Part shown: positions 27,248-41,316 of the stretch, one piece after another
How the letters are laid out: every line of letters starts with the position of its first letter
How positions within the stretch are numbered: position 1 is the stretch's first letter
Assembly (NCBI GenBank): GCA_043228905.1
Contig: JBHGNT010000015.1
Coordinates: 7,192,001 to 7,256,000 of the forward strand
Source of the DNA: Azolla caroliniana
Lineage: Eukaryota; Plantae; Polypodiophyta
Reading direction: 5' to 3'
DNA: 64,000 nucleotides
Notes under the pieces: generated by a model
The model's database searches: none
Told to the model about the DNA's origin: nothing
Seen by the model: only the letters and a program-made list of their open reading frames with translations
Made by a program: the position numbers and the translations under genes

Positions 27248-30200
27248 GGCAAGGAGTGATCGTCTATGATAGTAGCTTGGACCATCAACATACAACGATG
27301 CGGAAATTCGCGAAAAGGTGGTTCGGGCCGTACGAGGTTCGGAAGGTCTTCGACAACGGGACGTACCGATTGTCCGAGTTGGATGGAACAATACTACGAG
27401 TGCCTATAGGCGGGAAGCGGGTGAAGATTTTCAAGAAGCGGACCGACGACAAACCTTATGTGATCCAAGTCCAGGCCGACAACGAGGAGCAATCGGACGA
27501 AGACCACAATGATGCGGGAAGCGAAGAAAGTGGATTACAACTCATAGTCGACATAAGGGGAGAATCGGAGGAAGCTTCGGATGAAGACGGATACGAAGAA
27601 TCAAGAACTTCGGCACATACCGGAGGATGTGCGGGTTTGGAGGGGGGCGAGTGTCGTAGTGTAGGTTGCACACTATGTGGAAATTATATTTTTGTCCCTC
27701 CGGATAGAGAATGGAGTGCTCGGTGAGAACCGGAAGAAAACGGCATACCGGCAAGGAGGAAAACGGCGGCAAGGAGGAAAACGGCATACCGGCAAGGAAG
27801 AAAACGGCATACCGGCAAGGAAGAGCCAGATAAAGAGACATAAATGTAAAAAAAAAAAGGAAATACTCACTACTGCGCAAGGCGTGATTCGAACTTTGCA
27901 CATGCACGTTGACAAACCCCAACCTTACCATTACATTAACTTATCTTAAGTGTTTTAAATATAGATTTAATACGTATAAGACCTTTATTTATGCATACCT
28001 TTATTAAAAGGTAAATCGTGTATTTTTTTAATATATGAAAAAGAAAAAAAAAAACACGAGACACTAGCGTGCATGAGCCCTATACTTAGGAAATAAAAAA
28101 GCATCACATGCACATTTAGTGGACATGAACACTTTTTGTAAAAAAAAAAGCATGAAGCCATGCTTAGCTCTTCCTTCCTTATATAAGGAGGAGAGAAATA
28201 TATAAAGGGTTGTTGATTATTTGGATTAAGTATTAATTAATACAAAAATTACTCGTGGGATTCACGATTTATACATCTACTTCTCTCTTAACACCCTAAG
28301 TACCAATTAATATAGTATACTCGTGTGATTCACGAGTTTCTTATCTTTCTCTTTGCTATTTACTCATAATTAATCTCTATCTCACGAACTTCTTTCTCCT
28401 AGTCCAAGACCTCTGTGGTTCCCACCCGACTCACGCAACGATCCGGAGCCGAAAGGCACGACACAGTTGGTGAACCCGACGTGAAGACAGGTGGCAAGGA
28501 GATGGAGGCTCAACAAGCTAACAATATGATGGCGATGTTCGAACGGATGCTTCAAGAACAACGCACGATGTCGGAGATTTCGGCATCAGTAGAGCGGCTC
28601 GTGCAACGCAACGGGCAATTTAATGGTAAGGATGTGTCGCGATATTTGCAGGACTACAAGGCGGAGATGCTCCGGTGCCGGGCTTCGGAAGGACTGCAAG
28701 TGACATCCTTTAACCGGGTGGCGACCGACGGGCTTCAAGGGAGTATCCACAGGTTGCAACAACAAAATCCGACATGGGAAGCATTCGAAGAGGCGTTAAA
28801 GACCACGTTTGCCATCGAGGACTCCTCCAAGGCAACGCGGAGGGGATTCGAGGATTGGGTGGAAACGTCAGGTAAGGGGCTGAAGGTCCTCGAAGTGTTT
28901 TCGACATTCGAAAGTCGGTTCGGGAGGTTGTCCGTGAGAGATCAAACTATTCTTGCACCGGACAAAGTCATCATGTTTTTGCGAGCTGTGGACGTCCGGG
29001 ACCGGAAAGATCTCGGAGTGCTTCTTGAGGACACGACCACCGAAAGCGGCCTCACCGAAACATGGGAAAGCGTGCGGGATATCGTCGCGCGGTACACGAA
29101 GAGGGGGCAATGGCTTGCCAACGAAGAAAAGAGGGTTTCGGAACCGATTCCGAAACCGAGAACGGGACTGGAAGACCATCAACCGAGGGCTCGGGAGATT
29201 ACGGCCGAGAAGGGAGTCGACGCGTCTACGGTGGAGCAGCTGCTGAAGGAGATGGAGAATCTAAAGATCGCGATGGTGAAGAAGTCGGATGACCGCCCCA
29301 CAAGCTCCAAATATACGGATCGACGGTGCATATGGTGCGATAGCGCCGAACACGATCGGAGGGATTGCGACGACCATAAGGAGGCGCTACGACGGGATCT
29401 CATCTACTACGAGGGAAACCGGATTCATTCGATGGACTCTCGGAAGCCACTCCGACCGAACTTCCGGAAAGGCGGCATGAAGAAGGTGCTCGAGGAGGAG
29501 TTAGCGGCAAGAAGCAACTGTGCGACAACCGCGGGAATATGTGTCGGGGAGTCAACGGGAGCGAAGGCGTCTTTCTGGCCGGAGGTGCTAGGAAACACCG
29601 AGAAAACCGACTCCAACGATATCCGAAACACCGCGGAAGGCGTCCGGGAAGCTACGGGATGGGAGTGCCCTGTCGACAAGAATAGCATATATGCCCTGTG
29701 TCAATTACATGAGGTGTATGTGGACGAGAAACGACGGCGCACGGAGGATGCGGCCGGACCATCGAAGATACCGGAAAGCTGGAACTCCGGAGGTAAGGGA
29801 AAAGAAAAGGCGACTCCGGCATTCAAGCTCGCCTCGGACATAGAACAACAAACCGACTTGAAAAGAGTGTTCGAGGAAAGAATCTTGGATAGCCGGGTAG
29901 ATTTTTCGCTACGGGAACTACTCGGAATAGCGAAGAAGGAGTTTCACGATCTTCTCGTGGATCTCGTGAAAAGGAAGAGACAAAGTACGGAGGAAAATGC
30001 TCCAAGGGTGATAAGTTACGGAGGAATGAAGAAACAATACCGACAAGTGGAGGATAAGTTACGGTCGGCATCAATAATAAAAGAAGACGAAGAAATCGTG
30101 GGAGTGATCGAGGAAGTGTTCTATGGGAATACACTACAACGGCTTGAAGAGCTTGCGGAAGATAAAAGCCAAGGGAACCGGGTAGTCCCGGTGGAATCGG

Positions 30201-32540
30201 TCGAGATGTACGAGATCGTTGCGAAAATGGGGCCGGATGCGCTCCGCAAAGAAGAAGCAATGGTAAGTACGAAATACAAGACCGTGGAGAAGAAGGTGAA
30301 ACCGGCCGCGGGACCACTACCCGCCGATAGCGAACAAAAGAAGAAAGAAGTCTCGGGAGATCCGACACTTCGGAAGTCCGTGGATATCGGACATGCCTTC
30401 ACAGATGAGACCCGGAAGAAACTTCGGATCGGTGGAGGTGGGTTCCTCTTACAAGAAGAAGAAAAACGGTTTCGAGAGATGTTGGAGCAACATGGCAAAG
30501 CATTCGCGTTCACATCGAGGGAGATCGGATGCATTGATCCAAAGATAGTGGAGCCGATGGTGATTTTCACGATTGATCATGTACCGTGGAACCTGAAGCC
30601 GATTCCGGTGCCACGGGTGCATATTCCGAAAGTCATCGACTTGCTCAAGGAGAAGATGGCGATGGGGATTCTAGAGCCATCAAGTGCTCCGTACTCAAAT
30701 CGATGGTTTACGGTTCCGAAGAAGAATGGGTCACTCCGATTCATCCAAGACTTGCAACCGGTGAACAAGGTCACGATCCGGAACTCGGGAGTCGGTCCGA
30801 TAGTGGACGAATTCGCGGAAGCCTTTGCCGGACGTGCGATATACTCCATCGGGGACCTATACTCGGGGTATGACCAATTCCAACTAGCCGTGGAGAGCCG
30901 AGACATCACTACCATGCGGACACCGATAGGACTAGTTCGAATGTGCACACTACCACAAGGAGCGACAAACTCGGTTGCACATATGATGAACGCGATGAAC
31001 AAGGTGCTTCGAGATTGCATCCCGGAGATAACGATGCCGTTTCTAGATGACATTCCGATGAAAGGATGCGCGGTGGAAGAAAAAGATGAGACTATGGATG
31101 ATCGGGGATGCCGAAAGTTCGTGGTCGACCATATTCATGATTGCGAGAAAGTGTTGCGAAAGCTAGAAGATGTGCACCTAACACTTTCCGGGGAGAAATC
31201 GGCATTCGGGCAAGAAGAAATATTGGTGGTCGGACATCTATGTGGACCCTACGGCCGAAGACCGTCACCAACAAAGATCGATGCGATTCAAGCTATGAAG
31301 GAAGTATGTGAGTCAACATCGGAAGTCCGAAGGTTTCTGGGTGCGTGTGCATTCTATCACATATGGATTCCGCACTATGCACATATAGCGGACCCGCTAA
31401 ATTCGAGTGGAAACCGGAACACACTAAAGCCATGAGGAAGCTCAAGAAGACACTATGGAGGGCGGAATCACTTAAGAAGCCAAGCTACGAGCGGCCAATC
31501 ATAGTAACGGTTGATACAAGTCCAACCGGTATCGGGTGGGTCATCAATCAAGCCGACTCGGATGGTTCGCGGTATCCGATCCGATTTGGAGCAAAGGTCC
31601 TCAACGAAAGACAACGCGGATATGCACAAGTCAAAAGAGAACTGTGGGGAGTCGTGTCGGCGATAAAATCGGATCGGGATTATTTGATCGGAGCTGAAGT
31701 GGTGGTCGAGACGGATTGTCTTCCGATACTCGGGATGATGCGGTGTTGTACGATACCGGATGTGGCTATGCTAAGGTGGATTGCATATGTCAAGTCACTT
31801 AATCCGGAGGTTCGACACATCTCGGGGAAGGACAACGCGGTAGCGGACATGTTATCGAGGGCGCAGTTTGAAGACGACATAACCGAATCAGATAATGAAG
31901 AAGTTTCCGAAGACTACTTCACGTCAGAACACATATGCCGAGTGAACGTGATCCGAGAATTCCGGGAAGAAGAATACGAGGGGGAAACCTTGATGATCGG
32001 GAAGATGCTACAAGAGGTCGAGGATTCAACCAATGATAAAGAAAGGAGAGCCGAGATCCGAAGGAAGAAGAGGCAAGTCCAAAAGTTCTTCTTGGAAAAC
32101 GGTTTAATATGGAGGACGCCGAAAAGACCGGATGGGATACCACTTCGAGTAGTCGGGACGAAAGAGCAACGAAATCGGATAATGTCCGAGTTCCACGAAT
32201 CCGATTGGGCTGGACATCGAGGAACATGGGCAACTTTTGTGAAAATCAAGCAAAGATATTGGTGGAAGAACATGTATAAAGATGTCGCGGAGTTCACAGA
32301 AAGCTGCGAGAAATGTCAAGTCTACTCCGGGGTCCGACACCGAGATGAGCTGCATCCGACATTCTCACCGACAATCAACTTCAAGTGGATGGTCGACATT
32401 GTAGCTATGCCGACCGGGATTGGACAAAAGAAATACTTGGTGTTAGCTCGAGAAGATCTCACAAACCAAGTTGAAGGTCGAGCGCTTCGGAGGAAAACGT
32501 GTGCCGCGGTGTGCCAATTTCTTTTGGAAGAAGTGTTTTA
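27248..32540 (+). mobile_element. Ty3/gypsy non-chromovirus element with tRNA-Trp PBS; integrase tail + PPT + LTR + PBS + gag-pol
   Basis: Integrase 3' end (RWFGPYEV), PPT gaggggggcgag, LTR 27652-28463 (TGTCGT...ACGACA), PBS tggtgaacccgacgtga from 28468, then gag-pol running into the gap. Confidence 0.93.
28502..32540 (+). CDS. Gypsy gag-RT-RNaseH-integrase, frameshifted near 31400; protease apparently deleted
   Basis: Gag (FNGKDVSRYL; CIWCDSAEHDRRDC), RT (LPQGATNS, FLDD), RNase H (VDTS, ETDC), integrase HHCC. No D[ST]G-type protease motif seen. Confidence 0.88.
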
Positions 32541-32640
32541 NNNNNNNNNNNNNNNNNNNNNNNNNNNNNNNNNNNNNNNNNNNNNNNNNNNNNNNNNNNN
32601 NNNNNNNNNNNNNNNNNNNNNNNNNNNNNNNNNNNNNNNN
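32541..32640. other. Assembly gap (100 N)
   Basis: Run of N. Confidence 1.
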
Positions 32641-32908
32641 AAGGAGTATTAGAAAGTCTCCTCCTTCGAACTTCTTCACAAACACGCAGTGATCGGACTG
32701 CGTTTTGTGGTACCCTTCGTCGGTCATGAAAGAGTCGAACTTCCGGTACCATTGCCGGGGAGCCTGCTTCAGTTCGTAAAGGCTCTTTTTCAACCGGCAT
32801 ACCAGGTGCTCCTTCCCTTTCTTCTCGAATCCTTCCGGTTGCTGCATGTAGATCTCTTCTTCGAGGTCACCGTGAAGGAATGCCGTCTTCACGTCCATCT
32901 GTTCTACC
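32641..32908 (-). mobile_element. Copia RT fragment of the same family as 19519-24889
   Basis: MDVKTAFLHGDLEEEIYMQQPEGFEKKGKEHLVCRL is nearly identical to the RT near 23010-23270. Confidence 0.9.
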
Positions 32909-35900
32909 TCTGTCGGAGTTAGTGTACTTCACAGTGCAATCATGCACGACAGCTTTTGAACTTTGGAAAACGGTGTCGGAAACTTATGAAAAGAAGGTCG
33001 CCGCAACGAAGATGTATCTGATCCGGATCCAGTGCCTCTACAACTTGTGGATGAAAGAATCTGATTCGGTTCATGCACACCTCAACGAGTATGAAAGCAT
33101 AAGCTCCCAAATCTCGTTTCAGGGGACAACAATTGAGGATGAACTCAGAGCAATGATACTCATGAGTAATATCATGTGACACCTCACCGATCTCAGTTTC
33201 GGCAATACTCGGACCGGCACTCCGACTTTGTTCGAGTTGGAAACTCGCAACACTGTGCTATAATCGGAATCGGCACTGTAGAGCTCAACTTTCCGGTGGG
33301 TCTACACTCGTACTGCACAACGTCCGACACGTTCCTAAGCTCTCAAGACCCTTGATCTCAGTCAGACAGCTTGACGAAGCCGGCATTCGTGCCGGGTTCT
33401 CATTAGGAGGGTGGACACTCCACAAAGGGAACCTTGTGCTTGCTCGAGGACCAAAGGTACACTCTTTGTACCCTTTATATGTCACACTCAAAGAGGGTGA
33501 CTTATTTCTGGTTGATATCCCCTTGTCCTCGTTATGGCACGGGCGACTTGGACACCTTAGCAAGGCTGGCATAACGCATCTATCTAGAGCCGGTTACATC
33601 CCCAAACTCTCCTTCTCGGATCACCAATTCTGCGAGCATTGCTAGTACGGCAAATAGGTAGCCGCATCACACCCGACATCAGCACTAAGAGAATCGAGTC
33701 CCCTCGATTTGGTCCACTCGGACGTCTGTGGCCCGATGCCACATCAGTCTCTCGGCGGTGCTTCGTACTTCGTCAGTTTTATTGACGACTCGACTCGGAA
33801 GGTGTGGGCTTACCCCATTAGAACCAAAGATCGGGTGTTCTCGATCTTCTCCGAATGGCTTGCAATGGTCGAAAATCAGATCGGTCAGAAACTGAAATGT
33901 CTCCGAACCGACAATGGAGGGGAATTCAAATCTGAAGAATTCGTTAAATTTTGCTGGGAACACGACATTCGATGTGAATATACGACACCCTATAGTCCGG
34001 AGCAGAACGGAATTGCAGAACGCATGAATCAGACGATTTAAGAACGCGTAGTATCTATGCTCCAACACTCCGGACTGTCGGATGGCTTCTGGGTTGAGGC
34101 TCTACTCACGGCAGTACACATAATAAATATGTCGCTAAGTAGACCTCTAGGACTTCAAATACCTCAGGAAATATGGACCGGTAGTAAGCCGAATTATGAC
34201 AAGCTGAGGATCTTCGGTTGCGAGGCATACGCCCTCATACCGAAAGACGATCGCTGGAAACACGAACCAAGATCAAGGAAATGCGTTTTCCTTGGATATG
34301 GACCCGCCAGCGAGATCTGATACCGACTCTGGGACCCCGAGCACAAACAAATCGTCCGAAGTTCGGACGTCGTGTTCAATGAGTCGACTATGCATAAAAC
34401 AGCCGAAAGGAATATTGAAGTCCGAAGGGTAATATTTTCTGAAGTGCCAACCCTTCATGAAGGCCCAACCCACAACACGAGATCGGTTTCACGGGTAACC
34501 AACAACTCTCGCACCGAATCCACCGATTCAGCACAACCGAATGGCTCGGCTCCCGACCATCCGACATCGACACCCGGTGCAACTAGTCCAGTCATACCTC
34601 GCAGATCCGAGAGACTGTCGCAACCTCCGGAAAGGTACTCTCCCAGAATTTTCTTTACCGACGCCGGTGAACCGACGTCTTACGAAGAAGCGTTGGCATC
34701 TGCTGATTCAACCACATGGCATCTGGCGATGGAGTCGAAAATGCACTCCATTCGGACAAACAAGACTTGGGACTTGGTCGAATTACTGAAGAATCGACGT
34801 GCTCTTCCATGTAAGTGGGTCTATCGACTAAAAGAGACGTCCGACTCGACCAACCCAAAGTACAAGGCCAGATTAGTTGCAAAGGGATTTCGACAAGAAT
34901 ATGGCGTCGACTTCGACGAAATCTTTTCACTAGTGGTGAAAATGACAACCGTTCGTTTCATGCATGGCGTCATGGCTGCCGACAACTTGGAGTTGTTTCA
35001 GCTAGATGTAAAAACGGCATTCCTCCATGGTGACCTACAGGAGGAAATCTATATGGAGCAGCCGAAAGGCTTCATGACCACCGGCCAGGAACATCTAGTC
35101 TGTCGACTTAGGAAGAGTCTCTACGGCCTGCAACAGGCACCCCGACAGTGGTACAAGAAGTTCAACGACTTCATCCAATCGATCGGCTTCTCAAAGAGCG
35201 ACGAGGACCACTGACTCTTCACCAAAACAGCTCAAGACGGGTCTCCCGTCTTCCTCATCATCTACGTGGACGACATGCTACTCTCCGGTTGACATGCCAA
35301 AGAGCTCACCGAACTTGTTCGGAAACTGTGTTTGAAGTTTGCCATGAAGGACCTCGGTCCGGCAAGACACATACTCGGTATGAAGATTAGTCGGCATCGT
35401 GATAAACGCCAACTTTTCTTGTCTCAATCCGACTACATCGGATGTGTCTTGGAACGCTTCAACATGCACTCGGCCAAGTCTGCTTCGACCCTGCTCCCCC
35501 TTAACCTTCGGCTATCTTAGCGAGACTGCCTGATATCTGGTCCAGAGGGGGAAGTATGAAGTCGGTACCGTATGCACCGGCAGTCAGCTCCCTTATGTAC
35601 GCGATGGTCTCAACACGGGCTGATATTTCTCACCCCGTAGGAGTCGTCAGCAGATTCATGCAGAACCCAAGCCGATCGCACTGGAACGCAGTCAAGCATG
35701 ATGTGTTCAGATATCTAGCTGGCACAAAAGACCACGCAATTCTTTTTGGCCCGAACTCAACCTCAGGCGTAGTCGGTTACACCGACTCGGACTTCGTCGG
35801 CTGCGTGGATAGTCGAAAATTAACAACCGGATATTGCTTCAAATTCGGCAATGGAGCAATCTCGTGGAAGTCAAAACTTTAGGAGTGCACAACCACCTCA

Positions 35901-36747
35901 ACGACCGAAGCGGAATATGTAGTTGCGTCTAACGCGGCAAAAGGAGCTTTATGGCTCGGTTGGCTGGCGCACACGTTTCAACAAGTCAACTCAGACTCGG
36001 CTACAACGACAGTCAGGGTGTTGTTGCTTTGTCAAAAAATCTAGTTCACCACAACACCTCCAAGCATATCGACATTCGATATCACTTCGTTCGGGACTGT
36101 GTCATTTCAGGGAAAATCGGTCTAGAGAAGATATCCACAACCGACAATGTCGCAGATGGAATGACCAAGTGTCTTTCGGCGGATCGTTTCCGGTCCCTTC
36201 GGCACCAGATGGGCGTAACGAAAAATTGGTCCGGTTAAAGTCGGACACATAGCACAGGATGGTTTCGGACCACCGACATCGGTTCTTTGAGGATCGGCTT
36301 GAGCTCTTCCGACCCGACTGGTTCGGTCTTCTATCTTCGGATCTTGCAGACTCTAACAAAACCGATCTATCCGATAAACCTTGTATATATACCTGTAATT
36401 CTTTTGATAACCCATGTATACGCCCATTACAGGGGAGTGTTGAATACGAGTGTATAATGGCCGTATTCACATTGTCCCTTTGGACAACCCAAGTTTGGGC
36501 TATTTCTGTAAATAGCATAAAGGGCAATTGCCCTAGGACAATCACTATATAAAGTGACTTTGTAACCTTTAGAAAAGGTTGTTGGTTGCTATTCTTTGTA
36601 ACTATTGCTATTGGAATATAACGTTCCATTTTGTGCCTATCTCTCTCTTTCTTTCTCTGTGTCTATCTTGTTTCATTCGCATACACAAGTTCTTCTTCAT
36701 CACGAATGTTGCTTGCACTTCCGCATTGATGGCCTTGTCTCCCAACA
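32909..36747 (+). mobile_element. Degenerate, 5'-truncated Ty1/copia with 3' LTR
   Basis: Gag, integrase (VHSDVCGP, RTDNGGEF), RT and RNase H fragments with many stops. PPT aggggag, LTR 36438-36747 (TG...CA). Confidence 0.9.
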
Positions 36748-36759
36748 TGTTGGACATCA

Positions 36760-38140
36760 TATAATGCCATAACTAATGTGGTTGCAACAGATCGTCAATC
36801 TTGGATTGTTGTAAATGGGCAACAGTCCCAAACACATTGTCGACTTTTGTTGTGTCAGTTTCACGCCAAAAAGTCATGGGTGGACAACTTGTTGCCAAAA
36901 GTAAGTGCAAATGAGAGAAGCCATTTTTATCAATGAATGTGCCAACCGATGCAATGCATTACTGAATCATCATTGAATGCAACATGTGAGGAGTTAAAGG
37001 TGGAATATGCGGACAAGCCCGATGTTTGACAATATATAGAAGGAGGATGTTGTGGTTTGACATGTGTGTGGAGGAAACTCTGGCCCAAGTTTGGTAGAAT
37101 GTTCAACTATGGACACGTTGACACTACCAATATTGTGGAAAGACATTGGCAGTTTATCAAGTATACTGCCTTGAGGGGAAGAATAAACCGATCAATTACG
37201 GACCTTCTGCATGTCTTAATCGGGGACAGTGAAACTGGCACTTGCATAGGAGGAACAGTAATAGAGTGGTACAAGCAACGACAAGAAATATGTGAGAGTG
37301 GTCGGTTTGCACCCCGTGCGAATTGTAGGGATCAAAGGTCCCGACTTAAAGAAGCGGAGGGAATATTGGAAAGGTATGTCGACAATTCTTCCACAATTGA
37401 AATTGTCGACGAGGCCCGATATTGGTTTAGAATCTTGAGCATGACGACTCCCACTCTATGGTATAACATCTCACTCCAATGCTCATATTGTGATTGCCAA
37501 GACATTGTGACTAAATGTAAGCATTTACTTGGTATCCGAATGATTATTGAGAGGCATATGCCACATTTATGTGGCTCATTGCTTTTTATAGATCACGCAA
37601 CCCAAATGCGAATGAACCATAATACAGAAATAGAAGTGGAGGCAGAGGTAGAGCAAGTAAAGGAGACAAACCCCACAACATCCGAGATTGAATCATTCAA
37701 GTCCAAAATACAAACGGTTGTGAAAGCACTTCAATGTCTCGAACAAGGGTTAGGAACCTTCGACCGTGCAACTATTGTCGAAGGTATACAAACATTGGAA
37801 GATGTGGCTGAGAAGGTGTATCGCGTTGGTGCACCAAAATCAACCAATGAAGAAGATGGTAGATCAATAAGTTGCAACCAACAAATCGGTGCCAAAAGAA
37901 GTGCAACAATAGACATCTCGCAATAACTTATTGGCAGCTCCCCAAACACTTCCAAATCCCACTCCAGGAAACTACAAAGAGGTGCTAGTCGGGCTAGGAG
38001 GAGATTGCCATTGGTTGACCATGAGAAGGTTCGGTGTTTGCGTTGCGATGGCTTGACCTTGACTTCAAGGGACTCCAATGTTACATGTTGTAAAAATTGT
38101 GGTTCCATCTTGCAATCATCCCGACATGAGCCATAATCTT
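36760..38140 (+). pseudogene. MULE/Mutator-like transposase remnant with SWIM zinc finger
   Basis: LLCQFHAKKSW (CxxH), TTNIVERHW, SWIM-like CDCQD...CKH, and C-terminal CxxC...CxxC. Stops upstream of ORF 37057-37926. Confidence 0.75.
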
Positions 38141-39454
38141 AATATGTAACGTGTATATTCATATTTCATTTTAGGGTTGTCAATATTTGACATTTTAATA
38201 TTTTATGTAAAGACTTGTTATTTGAATCTTTAGGTTTTTTTGAGAAATTTTATGATAAGTTTCATGGCAAATATTTGTTGTACACTTACAATTTTGTGGA
38301 GTTTTTGATGTTTGTTGCTACAGAGTCGGGCTCCTTGTGACAGACATTGTTAGCTTTTTATCCATCTTGGACGGTGGAGATCGAACACGCCATCAGCAGT
38401 GCGACCTGCACCGTCCCTCTCCGCAATTCCCTCACTTGCCCTCTGTAATATTTGGTAGCAGTTAGTCACGAGCGTATGCAATGGACATGATAGATACGTA
38501 GATATGTATAGATACATATATGTACAACATATGTAAAATGTAGTATCGACTATAGAGCCCATGCCTCTGTAAATGTAGTATCGACTATAGAGCCCATGCA
38601 TGTATGAGTCGACCAAGAGAAAGTTTACCTGCTAAACCGGGATGCAACGGCATGAAACCGGCAAGCACCGGTGACCATCCTGAACGTTCAAAAAACTAAA
38701 GAAGCGGCATTCCCTCCCTATCTATCTCTGCTCTGCTCCTTCAGCCCTGCTGCTCTCGCCATCGCCATCGCCATCGCCATCGCACAGTCAGTGAGTGTGA
38801 CTCAGCTTCATTTTTCTGTCTCTACTCTGCACACAATAACAACTTCTCTAGCTCCAGATCCGGCCTTCCAGTGCTCATCACTCAACTCACTCTTTCTACT
38901 CATGGAGTAGAACCTTTTATTTCCTGCAACTCTTTCTTGTTTTGCTTCTTCCATGTTCCTGGCTCCTCACAAACATCAGATTCCCCGACCTCCGACCTCC
39001 TCCTCCTGCTTATAACACTGGCTTCAATGATCTGATTTCATCCATGGATGCTCGCAGAAACGATTAGTGTGGTCGTTCACAAATAGCCACTTCTGTTTCT
39101 CGGGGCATCATTGCGGGGCCTTCTCTTCCTGAATACGTATTCTCAGAAGATTCTCCGTGTTTTGAGACACTATGGTTGCGCCTTCAGATTCGAAGGCAAG
39201 TTTCTCTGCAAATTTTTTCTCTTGTGCTCGTGTCTGTTCTAAACTCATCATTTTAGTATATCGGTAGAGCTTCTATCTCTGATTTCTGTCTTCTCTCTTG
39301 CTTGGTTACATGGACATAAATGTTCATTGAACGTGTGTGCATTCATTTGCAGAGATGTGTAGCTGGTTCTCGAGTAATTGGTATTTCTGTCTGCAAGTTA
39401 TATTTGCTCACAGAGCTAAACCCTAACCTTCAACTTCTCTGTTCAAATAAACAG

Positions 39455-41316
39455 ATGAGTAGATCTGAGGAGGAGCAGGCGGCGAAGAATGGCGACATTG
39501 GTGAGCGAAGGTGGACGTTGAGTGATTTCGACATTGGGAAACCGCTGGGGCGAGGGAAATTCGGAAACGTATACCTAGCAAGGGAGAAGAAGGTAGAGAG
39601 GCGCCTTTCATTTTTTTGGCTTCATGTCTCACCTGATTCTTTCTTCTTCTAGAAGTTTGGCCTTCCCGCCTTAAATTTAAGTCTTCAGTTTCATTCCTAC
39701 TCATTCACTCCTCCTTATTCTTTCTGATTGTGCTTTCCTGCGAATTACATTACGATAGAGCAAGTACGTCGTCGCGTTGAAGGTGTTATTCAAGAATCAG
39801 TTGCAGCAATCGCAGGTGGAACATCAGCTAAGGAGAGAGATTGAAATCCAGAGTCATCTCAGGCATCCCAACATATTACGCCTTTATGGTTACTTCTACG
39901 ATGTGGTAAATAAAAGCCCTCATCTTTGGCAACTCTTCTCTCTGTATGTACACACACACACACAGACACACACAACGGCTGAGAATCACGACAGTATGCT
40001 GACATTCTTGGTCCATATCTCATTTCAGACTCGTGTGTATTTGATTCTCGAGTATGCCCCAAAAGGTGAACTATACAAAGAACTCCAACGCTTCAAGGTC
40101 TTCAGCGAGAGAAGATCTGCGACGGTAATTCGTAAATACATTCGTTTACAAAACACACTAATAACATTGATTTGATCTAGGCTTAGTGCGATTGTGGTAG
40201 ATGATAAACTTTAATTCTGTGATCTGGTTTTGCAGTATATTGCATCATTGGCACGTGCATTGATGTACTGCCATGAAAAGCACGTAATACATCGAGATAT
40301 TAAGCCCGAGAATTTGTTGATGGGAATCAAGGTAAATAAATATTGTTAAGGATGTATTGCATTCTAAAGCACTTATGTAGAAATGAACCGAATAATGGTT
40401 TTTGAGTACAGCAATGTTAGGATTACCACCAATTCTGGAGATTGGGAAACTCCTATTTTTTCTTCTTGCTTATGTATATTGTTTTTTTGTTCAACACAGG
40501 GTGAGCTGAAGATTGCAGATTTTGGTTGGTCTGTTCATACTTTTGACAGACGCCGAACTATGTGTGGTACCCTTGATTATCTTCCTCCCGAAATGGGTAA
40601 TGTGACTATCATGATTCATGGCACCTCCTTGTTTACAATTTATACCTGAAGATTCATGGGTGTCAGATTCTTAAAAACTCATACATTTCTTTGACATCTT
40701 GCAGTTGAGAGTAAGGATCATGATGCGGGCGTCGACATATGGAGTCTGGGAGTACTCTGTTATGAGTTCCTCTATGGTACCCCACCATTTGAAGCTGTTA
40801 AACACTCGGATACCTACAGAAGGTATCATAATGCCATGGGTCCTACAGAATTACTGCTACAAAAGTTGTGAAAAGTTACAAAAGTTCTATAAAATCTGCA
40901 TGTAGCACACTTAGCTTTGTGTAATCCAGTTCATTAAATCCACTAACATTTACATGATTCGAAATTAAATATATGCACATGCCAGTTCTTTTTGAGTTTG
41001 TATTAGCGAAATGACTAGAGAGCTATTTATGATGGATTACACACATGCAGAATTGTGAAGGTTGACTTAAAGTTCCCAAGCAAGCCATTTGTATCACTCC
41101 AGGCAAAAGACCTTATCTCTCAGGTAAGTGATGCAAGGATTTAAACATCCTCTCTCTCTCCCAATGAAAAAAATTATGCATTAAGACCCTATGTATTATA
41201 TTTTTGGTACACAGCTTTTGGTCAAGGACTCAGCTCGACGGCTTCCGCTAGAGAAAGTTCTTACTCATCCATGGATTGTTGCAAATGCTGATCCGAGTGG
41301 TGTATATGCAATGTAG
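39455..41316 (+). CDS. AUR1: Aurora kinase (alpha type, AUR1/2-like), 8 exons, 288 aa
   Basis: Exons 39455-39592, 39759-39905, 40029-40124, 40236-40331, 40500-40596, 40705-40822, 41051-41123, 41215-41316 (867 nt, all GT-AG). Motifs [48 protein letters not shown] and C-terminal [12 protein letters not shown]. Confidence 0.95.
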
